Assembly (NCBI GenBank): GCA_050952625.1
Contig: JBMNLH010000001.1
Coordinates: 352,001 to 416,000, forward strand
Direction of reading: 5' to 3'
Length of the DNA: 64,000 bases
DNA from: Bacillota bacterium
Lineage (GTDB): Bacteria; Bacillota; Ch66; Ch109
Below are positions 48,644-58,482 of the stretch, one piece after another (the first letter of the stretch is position 1; the number at the start of each line of letters is the position of its first letter). The position numbers and the translations under genes are program-made. The notes below the pieces were generated by a model. The model searched no databases and was not told the origin of the DNA. It saw only the letters and a list, made by a program, of their open reading frames with translations.

Positions 48644-48669
48644 AATTAAGGAGTGAGCTAGATTAACTG

Positions 48670-49122
48670 ATGAAGATCCTGGTCGATGCCGATTCATGCC
48701 CAGTCAAGGAATTGATTAGCCGGATTGCCAGTGAGTACCAGGTCCCGGTCTGGTTGGTAGCCAGCTTAAATCATCAGATGCCTCATGGACCAGGAATTAG
48801 AGTGGTTCAAGTGGATGCTGAGGCACAGGCGGTTGACTTGGAAATTATTCGTCAGCTTAAACCAGGAGATGTGGTTGTAACCCAGGATTTTGGCTTAGCG
48901 ACGGTGGCTTTAGCTCAAGGAGGGCGTTGCTTATCGCCCCGAGGGATGGTGTATTCTCAACAGAATATTGACAGTTTGCTTATGCAACGTCATCTAGCTC
49001 AGCGGTATCGTCGGGGTGGTGGTCGGTTAAAAGGCCCTTCCGCTATTCAACTGCCGGACAAAAAAAGATTTGAACTCGAACTGCGGCGACTACTTGATGA
49101 AATGGGTGAGACGAATGAATAG
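48670..49122 (+). CDS. yqxD: YaiI/YqxD family protein
   Basis: MKILVDADSCPV, DVVVTQDFGLA, RRGGGR.KGP; upstream of dnaG. Confidence 0.92.
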   Translation: MKILVDADSCPVKELISRIASEYQVPVWLVASLNHQMPHGPGIRVVQVDAEAQAVDLEIIRQLKPGDVVVTQDFGLATVALAQGGRCLSPRGMVYSQQNIDSLLMQRHLAQRYRRGGGRLKGPSAIQLPDKKRFELELRRLLDEMGETNE

Positions 49123-50974
49123 ACTTGATCGAGAACAACTGGTGGCAGAAATCGTCTCACGTGTAGACATATTAGAGATAGTCTCCGAATACGTAGTATT
49201 AAGTCGGAAGGGTAAGGATTACTGGGGGATATGTCCTTTTCATCAAGAAGATACTCCGTCCTTCTCCGTCTCTCCAGACAAACAATTTTTTTATTGTTTT
49301 GGCTGTCAGACGGGGGGGAACGTTATTACTTTCCTGAGAAAGAAAGATAATCTATCTTATTCTGAAGCATTGTCCATTTTAGCTGAAAAAGCTGGGGTAA
49401 GTTTAGAATTTGGGCCCGAATCACCGGTTCGACGTCAATCTCGCAGTGAGAAGCAACGATTTTATCGCCTTAATGAACTTACTGCTAATTACTATCATGA
49501 ACAATTGTTGCATTCTTCGGAAGGGGACGTGGGACGAGAATATTTAGCCCAGCGCGGAATTAATCAAGATAGTATCATTAAATTCCGATTAGGGTATGCC
49601 CCTCAGAGTTGGAATGTTTTATTAAACTATCTAACCCGGCAAGGGTTTTCCCCGGCTGAATTGGAACGCAATGGATTAGTTGCGGCTCGAAGCAGTGGTG
49701 GGTACTATGATCGTTTTCGCCACCGGCTGATATTTCCGATATCTGATCATACCGGCCAGGTGGTTGGGTTTGGCGGCCGGGTCATCGGCAAAGGTAACCC
49801 GAAGTATCTAAACTCGCCAGAGAATCGTTTTTTTGATAAAGGAAAAATACTGTTTGGGCTGCATTTAGCCCGACAATCAATCCAGACGCAACAGCAAGCA
49901 GTAATCGTCGAGGGTTATGTAGACGTTTTAATGTGCCATCAGCATGGAATCAACAATGTCGTTGCCTCTATGGGAACAGCCTTAACTGCCTCTCAAATTC
50001 AACTCATTCTTCGTTATGCCCCGGAGGTGATTCTGGCTTATGATACAGACGCCGCTGGACAGGTTGCTGCTTTACGGGCTAGCGGACTAATCAGAAGCCT
50101 AGGTGGTAGGGTGCGGATAGTTGCCCGGTTTGAGGATAAAGACCCAGACGAAATTATTAAAAAACAGGGAGTTGACTACTTCCGAAATTTAGTTGGGCAA
50201 GCACAGGATTATTTTACCTTCAAACTGCAAAAACTCTTGTTAAAGGCGAACCTGCGTACTGCTGAAGAAAAAATTGGTTTTCTTGCGGAGTTTTGGGAAG
50301 ATTTTCAGCAGTGTGATAGTGAGTTAGAGCGCCAAGAGTATTGTGAAAAACTTTCTGTTGCCTTGCAGGTGCCGGAAACGTTTATTCGGGAAGAATTTCG
50401 TAAAAACTTGGTAAAGACGAGAAGGGGCAGGAGACAACTGGATAAAAATACAAATACTGTCCATACTAAAAATGGACAGTTAACCTACAATATCTCTGCC
50501 TGGGAACTAGCAGAACGCAACCTGCTCCGCCTTATGCTCGAAGATTTTAAACTATTCGAACGGGTTGAGAAGGAATACGGTCTAGAATTATTTGCTAACT
50601 CAGAATTACGTCAAATTGCGGAAGCTTGCCGTGATGTAATAGCTTCTATGGGTCTTGAAGGGTCAAGAGAAGGACAAGGTATAGTATCCCTGGCAAGTTT
50701 ATTGGAGGAGTTCGGCAATGATTCAGTTCGTGATCTATTGTTAAAGATTTATCTAGAAAATTCCTCTTTCCCGGTGTTTAATAAGTTGCAAAAAGAAAAA
50801 GCGGTTCAGGACTATATATATACCATCAATCAGAATAGGCATCGGAAGGAATTGGAAAAGATACAGCTAGAGCTTAGTCGGGCTGGTCAGGCAGGCGATT
50901 TGCAGCGCAGTCTAGCCCTGGCTAAGGAATTGGAAAAGATTAAAGCGATGATGACCAGGGAGAGTTTCCACTAA
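49115..50974 (+). CDS. dnaG: DNA primase
   Basis: [11 protein letters not shown]...CFGC zinc finger, [22 protein letters not shown] Toprim. Confidence 0.97.
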   Translation: MNRLDREQLVAEIVSRVDILEIVSEYVVLSRKGKDYWGICPFHQEDTPSFSVSPDKQFFYCFGCQTGGNVITFLRKKDNLSYSEALSILAEKAGVSLEFGPESPVRRQSRSEKQRFYRLNELTANYYHEQLLHSSEGDVGREYLAQRGINQDSIIKFRLGYAPQSWNVLLNYLTRQGFSPAELERNGLVAARSSGGYYDRFRHRLIFPISDHTGQVVGFGGRVIGKGNPKYLNSPENRFFDKGKILFGLHLARQSIQTQQQAVIVEGYVDVLMCHQHGINNVVASMGTALTASQIQLILRYAPEVILAYDTDAAGQVAALRASGLIRSLGGRVRIVARFEDKDPDEIIKKQGVDYFRNLVGQAQDYFTFKLQKLLLKANLRTAEEKIGFLAEFWEDFQQCDSELERQEYCEKLSVALQVPETFIREEFRKNLVKTRRGRRQLDKNTNTVHTKNGQLTYNISAWELAERNLLRLMLEDFKLFERVEKEYGLELFANSELRQIAEACRDVIASMGLEGSREGQGIVSLASLLEEFGNDSVRDLLLKIYLENSSFPVFNKLQKEKAVQDYIYTINQNRHRKELEKIQLELSRAGQAGDLQRSLALAKELEKIKAMMTRESFH

Positions 50975-51000
50975 TTACCTCGAAAAGGGGGGAAGAGGCT

Positions 51001-52101
51001 ATGAAAGGGAAAGAGGAACAGCAAAGAATAGAGGCAGTCAAGAACCTGATCCAAAAGGGAAAGAAACGGGGTAAACTTACTTACCGTGAGATTATGGATG
51101 CCCTCCAGGGAATTGAATTGAGTACCGATCAGATAGAGGAGGTTTATGAGCACCTTGGCGGAATGGGTGTGGCAGTTACCCCGGAAAGCGGGGAAATTGA
51201 AGCCCTGGAAACCACGGAAGCAGAGCCTCACCCGGAGGATATTGAGGTGGATCTCTCGGTTCCTGAAGGAATAGGCATTGATGATCCGGTCCGTATGTAT
51301 CTAAAAGAAATTGGTCGGGTACCCTTATTGGCCGGAGAAGAAGAAATAGAACTAGCGAAACGAATGGAAAAAGGTGATGAGGAAGCCAAAAGGCGATTAG
51401 CTGAGGCTAATCTGCGGTTGGTCGTAAGTATTGCCAAGCGGTACGTTGGTCGCGGCATGCTCTTTTTAGATTTGATTCAGGAAGGCAATCTAGGTCTAAT
51501 TAAAGCGGTTGAGAAATTCGATTACCGCAAGGGATTTAAGTTTAGTACTTATGCTACTTGGTGGATTCGTCAGGCGATAACCCGAGCGATTGCTGATCAA
51601 GCCCGGACCATTAGAATACCAGTTCATATGGTGGAAACCATCAACAAGTTAATCCGCATTTCGCGGCAGTTGCTGCAGGAATTAGGGCGGGAGCCTTTAC
51701 CGGAGGAAATTGCCAAAGAGATGGATATCCCGGTGGAACGGGTGCGGGACATCATGAAGATTGCGCAGGAACCCGTGTCACTGGAGACGCCAATCGGTGA
51801 GGAAGAAGATAGTCATCTGGGTGACTTTATTGAGGATGAAGACGCACCGGCACCAGCCGAAGCAGCCTCGTTTATTCTTTTGAAGGAACAACTGGAAGAG
51901 GTCCTGGAAACCCTGACCCCCAGGGAAAAGAAGGTGCTTCGTCTGCGCTTTGGCTTGGACGACGGCCGGGCTCGCACCCTGGAAGAGGTAGGACAGGAGT
52001 TTGGCGTTACTCGAGAAAGGATTCGGCAGATCGAAGCCAAGGCCTTGCGAAAACTTCGCCACCCTAGCCGGAGCAAAAAGTTAAAGGATTATCTTGAATA
52101 G
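51001..52101 (+). CDS. rpoD: Primary RNA polymerase sigma factor SigA/RpoD
   Basis: [67 protein letters not shown]. Confidence 0.99.
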   Translation: MKGKEEQQRIEAVKNLIQKGKKRGKLTYREIMDALQGIELSTDQIEEVYEHLGGMGVAVTPESGEIEALETTEAEPHPEDIEVDLSVPEGIGIDDPVRMYLKEIGRVPLLAGEEEIELAKRMEKGDEEAKRRLAEANLRLVVSIAKRYVGRGMLFLDLIQEGNLGLIKAVEKFDYRKGFKFSTYATWWIRQAITRAIADQARTIRIPVHMVETINKLIRISRQLLQELGREPLPEEIAKEMDIPVERVRDIMKIAQEPVSLETPIGEEEDSHLGDFIEDEDAPAPAEAASFILLKEQLEEVLETLTPREKKVLRLRFGLDDGRARTLEEVGQEFGVTRERIRQIEAKALRKLRHPSRSKKLKDYLE

Positions 52102-52115
52102 AACAAAATAACCGC

Positions 52116-52143
52116 TTGACTTTTGAGGCGGAAATGCTATAAT
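52116..52143 (+). promoter_or_regulatory. sigA promoter for the tRNA cluster
   Basis: TTGACT-N16-TATAAT with extended TG. Confidence 0.75.
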
Positions 52144-52159
52144 AATTCCTGCGCGGCTT

Positions 52160-52234
52160 TCCTCGATAGCTCAACGGTAGAGCATCCGGCTGTTAACCGG
52201 AGGGTTGCTGGTTCGAATCCAGCTCGGGGAGCCA
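52160..52234 (+). tRNA. tRNA-Asn(GTT)
   Basis: Cloverleaf; anticodon arm TCCGG-CTGTTAA-CCGGA; TTCGAAT; encoded CCA. Confidence 0.97.
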
Positions 52235-52251
52235 TTTTACGAAAACTGTTT

Positions 52252-52326
52252 GGGCCTATAGCTCAGCGGTAGAGCCACCGGCTCATAACCGGTCGGTCCC
52301 TGGTTCGATCCCAGGTGGGCCCACCA
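52252..52326 (+). tRNA. tRNA-Ile2(CAT, lysidine)
   Basis: Anticodon CAT; G1 paired acceptor; GGCTCATAACCG arm like Firmicute tRNA-Ile2, not initiator Met. Confidence 0.85.
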
Positions 52327-52371
52327 TCATATAGAAGATACAATTTTATTAATACTAAAGTCGGAAAAACT

Positions 52372-52446
52372 GGCCCCTTGGTCAAGCGGTTAAGACACCG
52401 GCCTTTCACGCCGGCAACACGGGTTCGAATCCCGTAGGGGTCACCA
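52372..52446 (+). tRNA. tRNA-Glu(TTC)
   Basis: GGTCAAGCGGTTAAGAC D-arm; CCGGC-CTTTCAC-GCCGG; CCA. Confidence 0.97.
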
Positions 52447-52449
52447 TGT

Positions 52450-52525
52450 GGGCGATTAGCTCAGTTGGGAGAGCGCTTGCCTTACAAGCAAGATGTCGGC
52501 GGTTCGACCCCGTCATCGCCCACCA
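52450..52525 (+). tRNA. tRNA-Val(TAC)
   Basis: CTTGC-CTTACAA-GCAAG anticodon arm; CCA. Confidence 0.97.
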
Positions 52526-52538
52526 TTTTTGAAATGAT

Positions 52539-52567
52539 GAATCTGGTATAAAGCCGGGTTCTTTTTT
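52539..52567 (+). terminator. Terminator after the tRNA cluster
   Basis: GAATCTGG...CCGGGTTC followed by a T-run. Confidence 0.6.
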
Positions 52568-52629
52568 GTTTACCAGTAGTTGTGTTTAGCGGGCACAGGG
52601 GTTAACAAATTAACGGATGGGAAGGTTTT

Positions 52630-53406
52630 TTGGTGAAAAGACTCTCTATTCGACTACAAGCCTTAGCTGATCAGGTTATCCCGGGTAGTATAGTAGTGGA
52701 TGTCGGAACTGATCATGCCTATCTGCCACTATACTTGGTCGAGCACGGAATATGTCCCCGGGTGATTGGCATCGAGATAAACCCAGGGCCACTCCAAAGT
52801 GCCCGAAATCAGGTAGCGTCAGCCGGTCTAACTCACCTGATCTTGATTCGGGAAGGAAATGGGTTGCAGGCGATTTGCCCAGGGGAAGCCCAGGTTGTCG
52901 TGATCGCGGGGATGGGGGGCAAGACGATTTGTGAAATCCTTGAGGCAGCCCCAGCGGTATTAGCCGGTATTCAGCGCCTGATTCTCCAACCCATGGGAGC
53001 AGATAAGCTGGTCAGAGAATGGCTTGTTGCGCACTCCTGGCAGATTGTCCAGGAGGATTTGGTCCGGGAAGATGGGGTTTATTACATAATTATTATCGCA
53101 GAACCGAGTACACTGACCGTCCGCTGGCCGGAGAATGAAGCTTTAGTTTATAATGCAGTCAAAGACGAACTTGAAGACGATACTAAGGACAAAATGAGAA
53201 ATCTAATGGAATTAGAAATTGGCCCGGATTTAATTAACCGACACCACCCTTTATTGCCTGAATATTTAAACTATCTCCTGGAGCGAGAGCAACGGATTTA
53301 CGATCATTTAAAACGAAGTCAAAATCCGGAGGCGTTGTTGGAGCAGGCCAGACGGCAGGAGCGGATAGAGGCTCTGCAAGAGATTATTCAGAGACAGTTA
53401 AGCTAA
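52630..53406 (+). CDS. trmK: tRNA m1A22 methyltransferase
   Basis: DVGTDHAYLP, GNGL, IAGMGG..I..IL, LILQP. Confidence 0.95.
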   Translation: MVKRLSIRLQALADQVIPGSIVVDVGTDHAYLPLYLVEHGICPRVIGIEINPGPLQSARNQVASAGLTHLILIREGNGLQAICPGEAQVVVIAGMGGKTICEILEAAPAVLAGIQRLILQPMGADKLVREWLVAHSWQIVQEDLVREDGVYYIIIIAEPSTLTVRWPENEALVYNAVKDELEDDTKDKMRNLMELEIGPDLINRHHPLLPEYLNYLLEREQRIYDHLKRSQNPEALLEQARRQERIEALQEIIQRQLS

Positions 53407-53530
53407 AGCCACCCCTGTAGTGAAGTAAAGAAAGGTTGACCAAATCCAAGGCCCTTGGCACATAGGAATTGATCCAAAGCCTTAATATAGTGCCGAAGGC
53501 TGAGATTGATGATTAAGAGGTGATATAATT

Positions 53531-54634
53531 ATGTCAGTTAAAGCTAGAGAAGTGACGAGACTGATTGAACGGCTGGCCCCACTCGAGCTGGCCGAGGACT
53601 GGGATAACGTGGGGTGGCAGGTTGGTGATCCGGACGCTCTGATCCAGTCAGTCCTGGTAACCCTTGACTTTACTCCGGCAGTCCTCGAGGAAGCGCGGCG
53701 TGAGAAAGCGGATTTGATCATTACGCACCATCCTTTTCTTTTTAAGCCCTTGCGCCAAGTAAGATATGACCAGCTTTCTGGACAACTGCTCCGGGAACTT
53801 GTTCAGAATCGCATTATGCTTTATTCTGCCCATACTAATCTGGATAACGCCCCGGAGGGGGTTAGCCAAGTGCTTGGTGAAAGGTTGGGGTTGAGTAATA
53901 TGCATGTCTTTGGGTCAAACCGGCAAGAGAAGCTCTATAAACTCGTGGTTTTTGTGCCGGAAGGCCATGAAGATGAAGTGCGGCAAGCGGTCAGTGAGGC
54001 AGGGGCCGGCTGGATTGGCAACTACTCGCACTGTACCTTTCAGATTCCTGGGACCGGGACGTTTTTACCACGGGAGGGGACCTCGCCGTTTATTGGCCAG
54101 CAAGGAAAACTAGAAAAAGTGGCAGAATACCGTCTGGAAACGATCGTCCCGGAACGAATACTTAATTCGGTTGTTCAGGCGATGATTGAGGCCCATCCTT
54201 ATGAAGAGGTGGCTTATGACGTATATCCTCTGCACCTGTCCGGCCAGTCGTTAGGTCCGGGCAGGTTAGGAATTTTGCAAGAGCCTATGAAGTTAGGTGA
54301 GCTAATCGAACAGGTTAAACAGGTTTTACGGATAGCCGCGGTTAGGGTTATTGGTGATCCCAGCCGATTGGTCCAAAAGGTCGCGGTCTGTGGAGGTAGT
54401 GGGGCATTTCTGATTCCCGCAGCCGCTTCCAGTGGGGCTGAGGTGCTGATCACTGGGGATGTAAAGTATCATGAAGCCCAGGAAGCGGCCAATCGGGGTC
54501 TAGCAATAATCGATGCGGGACATCAGGCCACGGAATTACCAGCGGTTGAATTTTTATCGGATTACTTGCAAAAGAGACTGCCATCTGTCAAGTTTATTGT
54601 AGCCGAACCGTTTCGCGTTGAAAGTTGGCTCTAA
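53531..54634 (+). CDS. yqfO: Nif3-like dinuclear metal center protein (YqfO)
   Basis: WDNVG.QVG, THHP, HTNLD, PII-like insert KLVVFVP...HPYEEVAYD, TGDVKYH, DAGH..TE. Confidence 0.94.
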   Translation: MSVKAREVTRLIERLAPLELAEDWDNVGWQVGDPDALIQSVLVTLDFTPAVLEEARREKADLIITHHPFLFKPLRQVRYDQLSGQLLRELVQNRIMLYSAHTNLDNAPEGVSQVLGERLGLSNMHVFGSNRQEKLYKLVVFVPEGHEDEVRQAVSEAGAGWIGNYSHCTFQIPGTGTFLPREGTSPFIGQQGKLEKVAEYRLETIVPERILNSVVQAMIEAHPYEEVAYDVYPLHLSGQSLGPGRLGILQEPMKLGELIEQVKQVLRIAAVRVIGDPSRLVQKVAVCGGSGAFLIPAAASSGAEVLITGDVKYHEAQEAANRGLAIIDAGHQATELPAVEFLSDYLQKRLPSVKFIVAEPFRVESWL

Positions 54635-54665
54635 GGATCAACTATAATACGGATATTTAGTAGTG

Positions 54666-54716
54666 ATAAATAAATGAGAACCCCGGGTAATTAAGCTGGG
54701 GTTCTCATTTATTTAT
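54666..54716. terminator. Bidirectional terminator
   Basis: 19-bp perfect stem ATAAATAAATGAGAACCCC / GGGGTTCTCATTTATTTAT between convergent genes. Confidence 0.85.
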
Positions 54717-54726
54717 AGTTTACTTA

Positions 54727-55509
54727 AAAAAACCTGGTTGAATAATTTTGATAAGGAGTTTCGCAATCTATTGAGGTATAACCAGAAAGTTTTTAAACCC
54801 AGGGTCCAAAAGGTTTTCCGAGAGGAACGATTTGTTTTTTGTAATGAGTATTCAATACATTACCCGCTACTCCAATAAAGGAGAAAATAGAAATCAAAAG
54901 TTCAGACCAGGCAGCTAGGTTGTGCCAGAAACCATGAGGCTGATTTGTGAGAACACTCATTGAGAGTCCCAAAAATAGTAAGTCAATAAGGAAGAAAATA
55001 GTAAAAAGAACTTTGGTGGTGCCCATAGCACCTATTGTCATAATGATGGTAAAGATAAGATAACCAAGAAAAGCGTAACCGAGTTGCGCTCCGGAGTTTG
55101 ACAAGCCCTGAACTGCTGTTGCTCCAAACATACCATGCTTTATCATCCAGGTCATTGCTACACCAAACCAGAAAACACCGTATGCGCAAAAAGCGGTAGC
55201 CCCGAAGGTATTGTTGTGTTTAAAATCCATAATTCCTGCAACAAATTGGGCCAAGGCTCCTAAAAAAATCGCCCACGGGATAACGCCTACCTCGGCTGGA
55301 CCTGTCCAACCCAGTTTTTGTGATGAAGCTACTAAAGTAACCATGGCTAGACCAAACAGTCCAAGCGCGGATGGATTAGCGACTAGTTCCTGAACATGTC
55401 CAGAAACCTCTACCTTTCTGAGATCAGCTTCTTTTACTTCTTTTGCCATAATAACCTCCCCATTACTCTCCCCAAAATAAGTAAATCCGGACATTCAACC
55501 AGGTTTTTT
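54727..55509. repeat. 17-bp perfect inverted repeat flanking satP
   Basis: AAAAAACCTGGTTGAAT (54727-54743) and ATTCAACCAGGTTTTTT (55493-55509). Confidence 0.85.
54793..55449 (-). CDS. satP: Acetate/succinate channel (GPR1/FUN34/YaaH family)
   Basis: ANPSALGLFG, NTFGATAFCAYG.FW motifs; 6 TM; SD GGGAGG. Confidence 0.9.
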   Translation of the reverse strand: MAKEVKEADLRKVEVSGHVQELVANPSALGLFGLAMVTLVASSQKLGWTGPAEVGVIPWAIFLGALAQFVAGIMDFKHNNTFGATAFCAYGVFWFGVAMTWMIKHGMFGATAVQGLSNSGAQLGYAFLGYLIFTIIMTIGAMGTTKVLFTIFFLIDLLFLGLSMSVLTNQPHGFWHNLAAWSELLISIFSFIGVAGNVLNTHYKKQIVPLGKPFGPWV

Positions 55510-55622
55510 ATGCTTTATTAGTTTAATTATGCCTAATGCTGTTTTTTCATCTATGCCCTCCTTCAGTAAAACCTTATTGTATACTTAGTCGCAATTTTAC
55601 ACTAAGACACAATTTTGTACCA

Positions 55623-55651
55623 AGAATAGCATGTTTTAAGCTGATCGTCAA
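55623..55651 (-). promoter_or_regulatory. sigA promoter for satP
   Basis: Minus strand TTGACG-N17-TATTCT with extended TG. Confidence 0.6.
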
Positions 55652-55979
55652 CTACAGAAGAAGGCGGTGAAATGAGGGGTAAAACGGCTTTAGGCCGTTA
55701 ACTAGCTTAGCTCAAACCCAAATCTCGGACTATTCTTACAGGCATAGTTTTCGAATCAATGCGACATTTCTAAAATTTTTGGCATTTTCTAAAAAGCAAT
55801 TTATTCATGAAGAATTAAAACGTGACTGAATAATAGGCATAGAATAACCCGGGAAAAAATCGAAAAACCCGGTTTTTTTGTAATATCAGTAGTATATTAC
55901 TGGAATAATAACCATGAACGAAAGCAATCCATTGGGTTTGCTTTTAGAAATATATCCATATTTTTAAGGAGGTAAGCAG

Positions 55980-56708
55980 ATGTATCAAATGCAACTACAT
56001 CAACAAATTCAAGCATCCCGTCAAAGCCTGGAACAGATCAATCAAATGGTCAGCCAAATGGAACAGTCAGAGCGGAACAACCAGATTCAACTTCAGCAAT
56101 TAGCGCAATCCGAAAACAATACGGCTCAGCAGTTGCAGCGGTTGGGGGCTGCGGAGCAAAACGCGGTCCAGCAACTCGGGCAGCTTCGGCAGATGTGTAA
56201 TTCAATCAGCCAACAGTTAAACCAACTTAGTAATATGACTTCTTCGGCAACCACTCCGTATTTTTCTGGACAGTCTTATATCAGTCCCGCTTTTCAAACA
56301 GGGATGACCGGGCAAACCATTCCGAGCTATCAGACCGGAAGCCAAATTGGTACTGGCACAACCAGTTATCCCTTTAATCAAATAGTTGGAGTATCCCCGG
56401 GTTTTAGTTCACAATCGGGATTTGGCGGCCAGCTTTATTCTCAAGCAATGCCGCAATATCAAACCCCGGGAATCGGCAGTGGAGCTGATAGCTTCAGCAG
56501 TGTTAACAGACCAATTTCCAGCTCCAGTTTCAGTCCGCAAATGGCCTCCAGTTTTAGTAACCAGTCTTTTACCCCAGCAATGGGGCAGCCCATGTCTCCG
56601 AGCATTGGGGCTATTAGCCCGACAATGACATCTAGCCTAAATCAGTCACCTAGCTCGTCCATCGGCCAAAGCCAATATCAGACTTCTGGAATCGGCTATG
56701 GATTCTAG
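55980..56708 (+). CDS. Gln/Ser-rich low-complexity protein, possibly spore-associated
   Basis: SD AAGGAGG; Q-rich coiled N-terminus (QSE.NN..QLQQL repeats), S/G/Q/P-rich tail nearly without charged residues. Confidence 0.75.
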   Translation: MYQMQLHQQIQASRQSLEQINQMVSQMEQSERNNQIQLQQLAQSENNTAQQLQRLGAAEQNAVQQLGQLRQMCNSISQQLNQLSNMTSSATTPYFSGQSYISPAFQTGMTGQTIPSYQTGSQIGTGTTSYPFNQIVGVSPGFSSQSGFGGQLYSQAMPQYQTPGIGSGADSFSSVNRPISSSSFSPQMASSFSNQSFTPAMGQPMSPSIGAISPTMTSSLNQSPSSSIGQSQYQTSGIGYGF

Positions 56709-56930
56709 CCTTTTAGAAGACTAACTTTGAGATAAAGGGGGCTCTCCCTTAAGGGCCCTCTTGCTTTTCTTTAGTATTAGAGCAAATTATAACACTAGGG
56801 AAACACTTGGAATATAGAAATTGTTTGCTCAAAAATAAAGGAATTAAGTTTAAAGTTGCCGAATAATAAACCTGAGCATGGATTATTATGGAGAGGGGGG
56901 GAATCTGGCGGTGACCGCCAGAAAAAAACT

Positions 56931-57218
56931 ATGAGTAATAGTAATCATAATGAACGGGACAAAAAAAATAATAGTAATTCTGGGGAGCCCAGTAAAGGTG
57001 TTCTGCGCTTGACTGACCCAGATATCGCCCCGTCGGTTCGGGGACTGATCGTGATCCTTATTCTGTTTAAGTTGATCACTGTCAATGCGCTTAAAGGCAG
57101 GGAATCGTTATTCTTGGCTGGGCTGGATGGCGTAGCCACTTTTGGATTTATTGTCTCTTTGCTCTTGTTAGGGATGCTGCTGTGGCGAAAGTATGGTCAA
57201 CGCTGGATGCGGCCTTAA
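56931..57218 (+). CDS. Hypothetical 2-TM membrane protein
   Basis: Two hydrophobic segments and a basic C-terminus; start uncertain. Confidence 0.55.
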   Translation: MSNSNHNERDKKNNSNSGEPSKGVLRLTDPDIAPSVRGLIVILILFKLITVNALKGRESLFLAGLDGVATFGFIVSLLLLGMLLWRKYGQRWMRP

Positions 57219-57270
57219 GCAGTTTTAACGGACATGGGTGGCTGATAAGCATTAATAGGTTTGATTAGCC

Positions 57271-58113
57271 TTAGTCTAAATTGACTGCTAGGTCCTGGCA
57301 ACAGCCTAAGTGTCCGATATATAGTTTTTCTTCTTGATACCCTAGGAAAGATTCCTCGCTTGGATGTATCGGATTTCCGCAGATAAAGCAAGTTGAATTG
57401 TCGTCCTTACAAGGCCGGATAACGCCGGTTATTTGATCCTGAACGGTGATCGTAAGGGTCTTTAGTTTATTTTTTCCGGGTTTAACGGGTGAGCAATCAG
57501 GATGAAAGTACCAGCGTTGTCGACTGCCATGATGCTTAAACTGGTATTCTACTAGCGGTATATAGGGCTGAATCGGCTTTTTACATTGATTACAGATTCG
57601 TTTGCGGTGATTATTTGCTTTTAATGTATAATGTTGTTCGATCGGTTTGCTTCTTTTTTGCCGGTCTTTTAGGTGCTTTTGCCGTGCCATATCCTGAGCA
57701 ATCCATTTTTCCACAAATGAATAATAAAGGCGGTAATTTCCCTGTGAAGGGTGAACGAAGGAGGGGAATCCTGCGTCTAGCATCTGCTGGTAGAAGGTTT
57801 GTTCCGCAACTTCGTGGGCTAATCCATCCATTTTATGATAATTCCATTGGTAACCCTCTTCGGTTAACCATTGGTGGAAGTCATTGAAGATATTACCTGA
57901 ACAAACTAATAATTGATCATTTTTAGAGACACCGGCTTCTTCCATCATCTTAATAACCAAACGGTTAGCCATCTGTTCCAGAGTTAAGTCATCTTCCCAG
58001 GTTAAGGGAACTCTTGCTATATATACTTCCTGCGGGTTCTCGCAAACCAGCACCAATACCTCGGAAAAAGCAAGGCATCCTCCGCCAGCATCTTCAACGT
58101 ACCAGGTTTTCAT
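57271..58113 (-). CDS. Hypothetical protein: RNase H-like N-terminal motif plus two C-terminal CxxC...HxxC zinc fingers
   Basis: YVEDAGGG, VCSGNIF; CNQCKKPI...FHPDC and CFICGNPI...GHLGC; SD AAAGGAGG; sigH-like promoter upstream. Confidence 0.7.
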   Translation of the reverse strand: MKTWYVEDAGGGCLAFSEVLVLVCENPQEVYIARVPLTWEDDLTLEQMANRLVIKMMEEAGVSKNDQLLVCSGNIFNDFHQWLTEEGYQWNYHKMDGLAHEVAEQTFYQQMLDAGFPSFVHPSQGNYRLYYSFVEKWIAQDMARQKHLKDRQKRSKPIEQHYTLKANNHRKRICNQCKKPIQPYIPLVEYQFKHHGSRQRWYFHPDCSPVKPGKNKLKTLTITVQDQITGVIRPCKDDNSTCFICGNPIHPSEESFLGYQEEKLYIGHLGCCQDLAVNLD

Positions 58114-58482
58114 TGGCGGCCTCCTTTCTTTGAACATATTTCGGCATAAAGGTGCGGAAATCCTGCAACCAAATTTGACTTAAGGGGTTTCTAAATAATC
58201 TCACGGCTAACAAAATTCTAAGCGGCGACCATTTTTTGAGGTGCCGCAACTAGTTCACGGAATAAAAAAACTGTGTTATTCTGAAAAGAACATTGAACTA
58301 TTATCTAATAACCTTACGTTTCACCTTAGTTTTCAGAGTAACCTGCCGCAGCACCATCAGAACATGAAAAAGCATAACCGTAGTAATACACAAGAATGAT
58401 TGTAGTTACGAAGCAGAGGCCAAAGAGACCCGGAACCTGTTTGTATAAACTGGTAGTAGTGTTTGAAAATGAGGCGGTAGTG

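Noticed and set aside
52252-52326. tRNA-Met assignment
   Set aside because: Lacks the initiator C1:A72 mismatch and three G-C anticodon pairs; sequence fits tRNA-Ile2 better.
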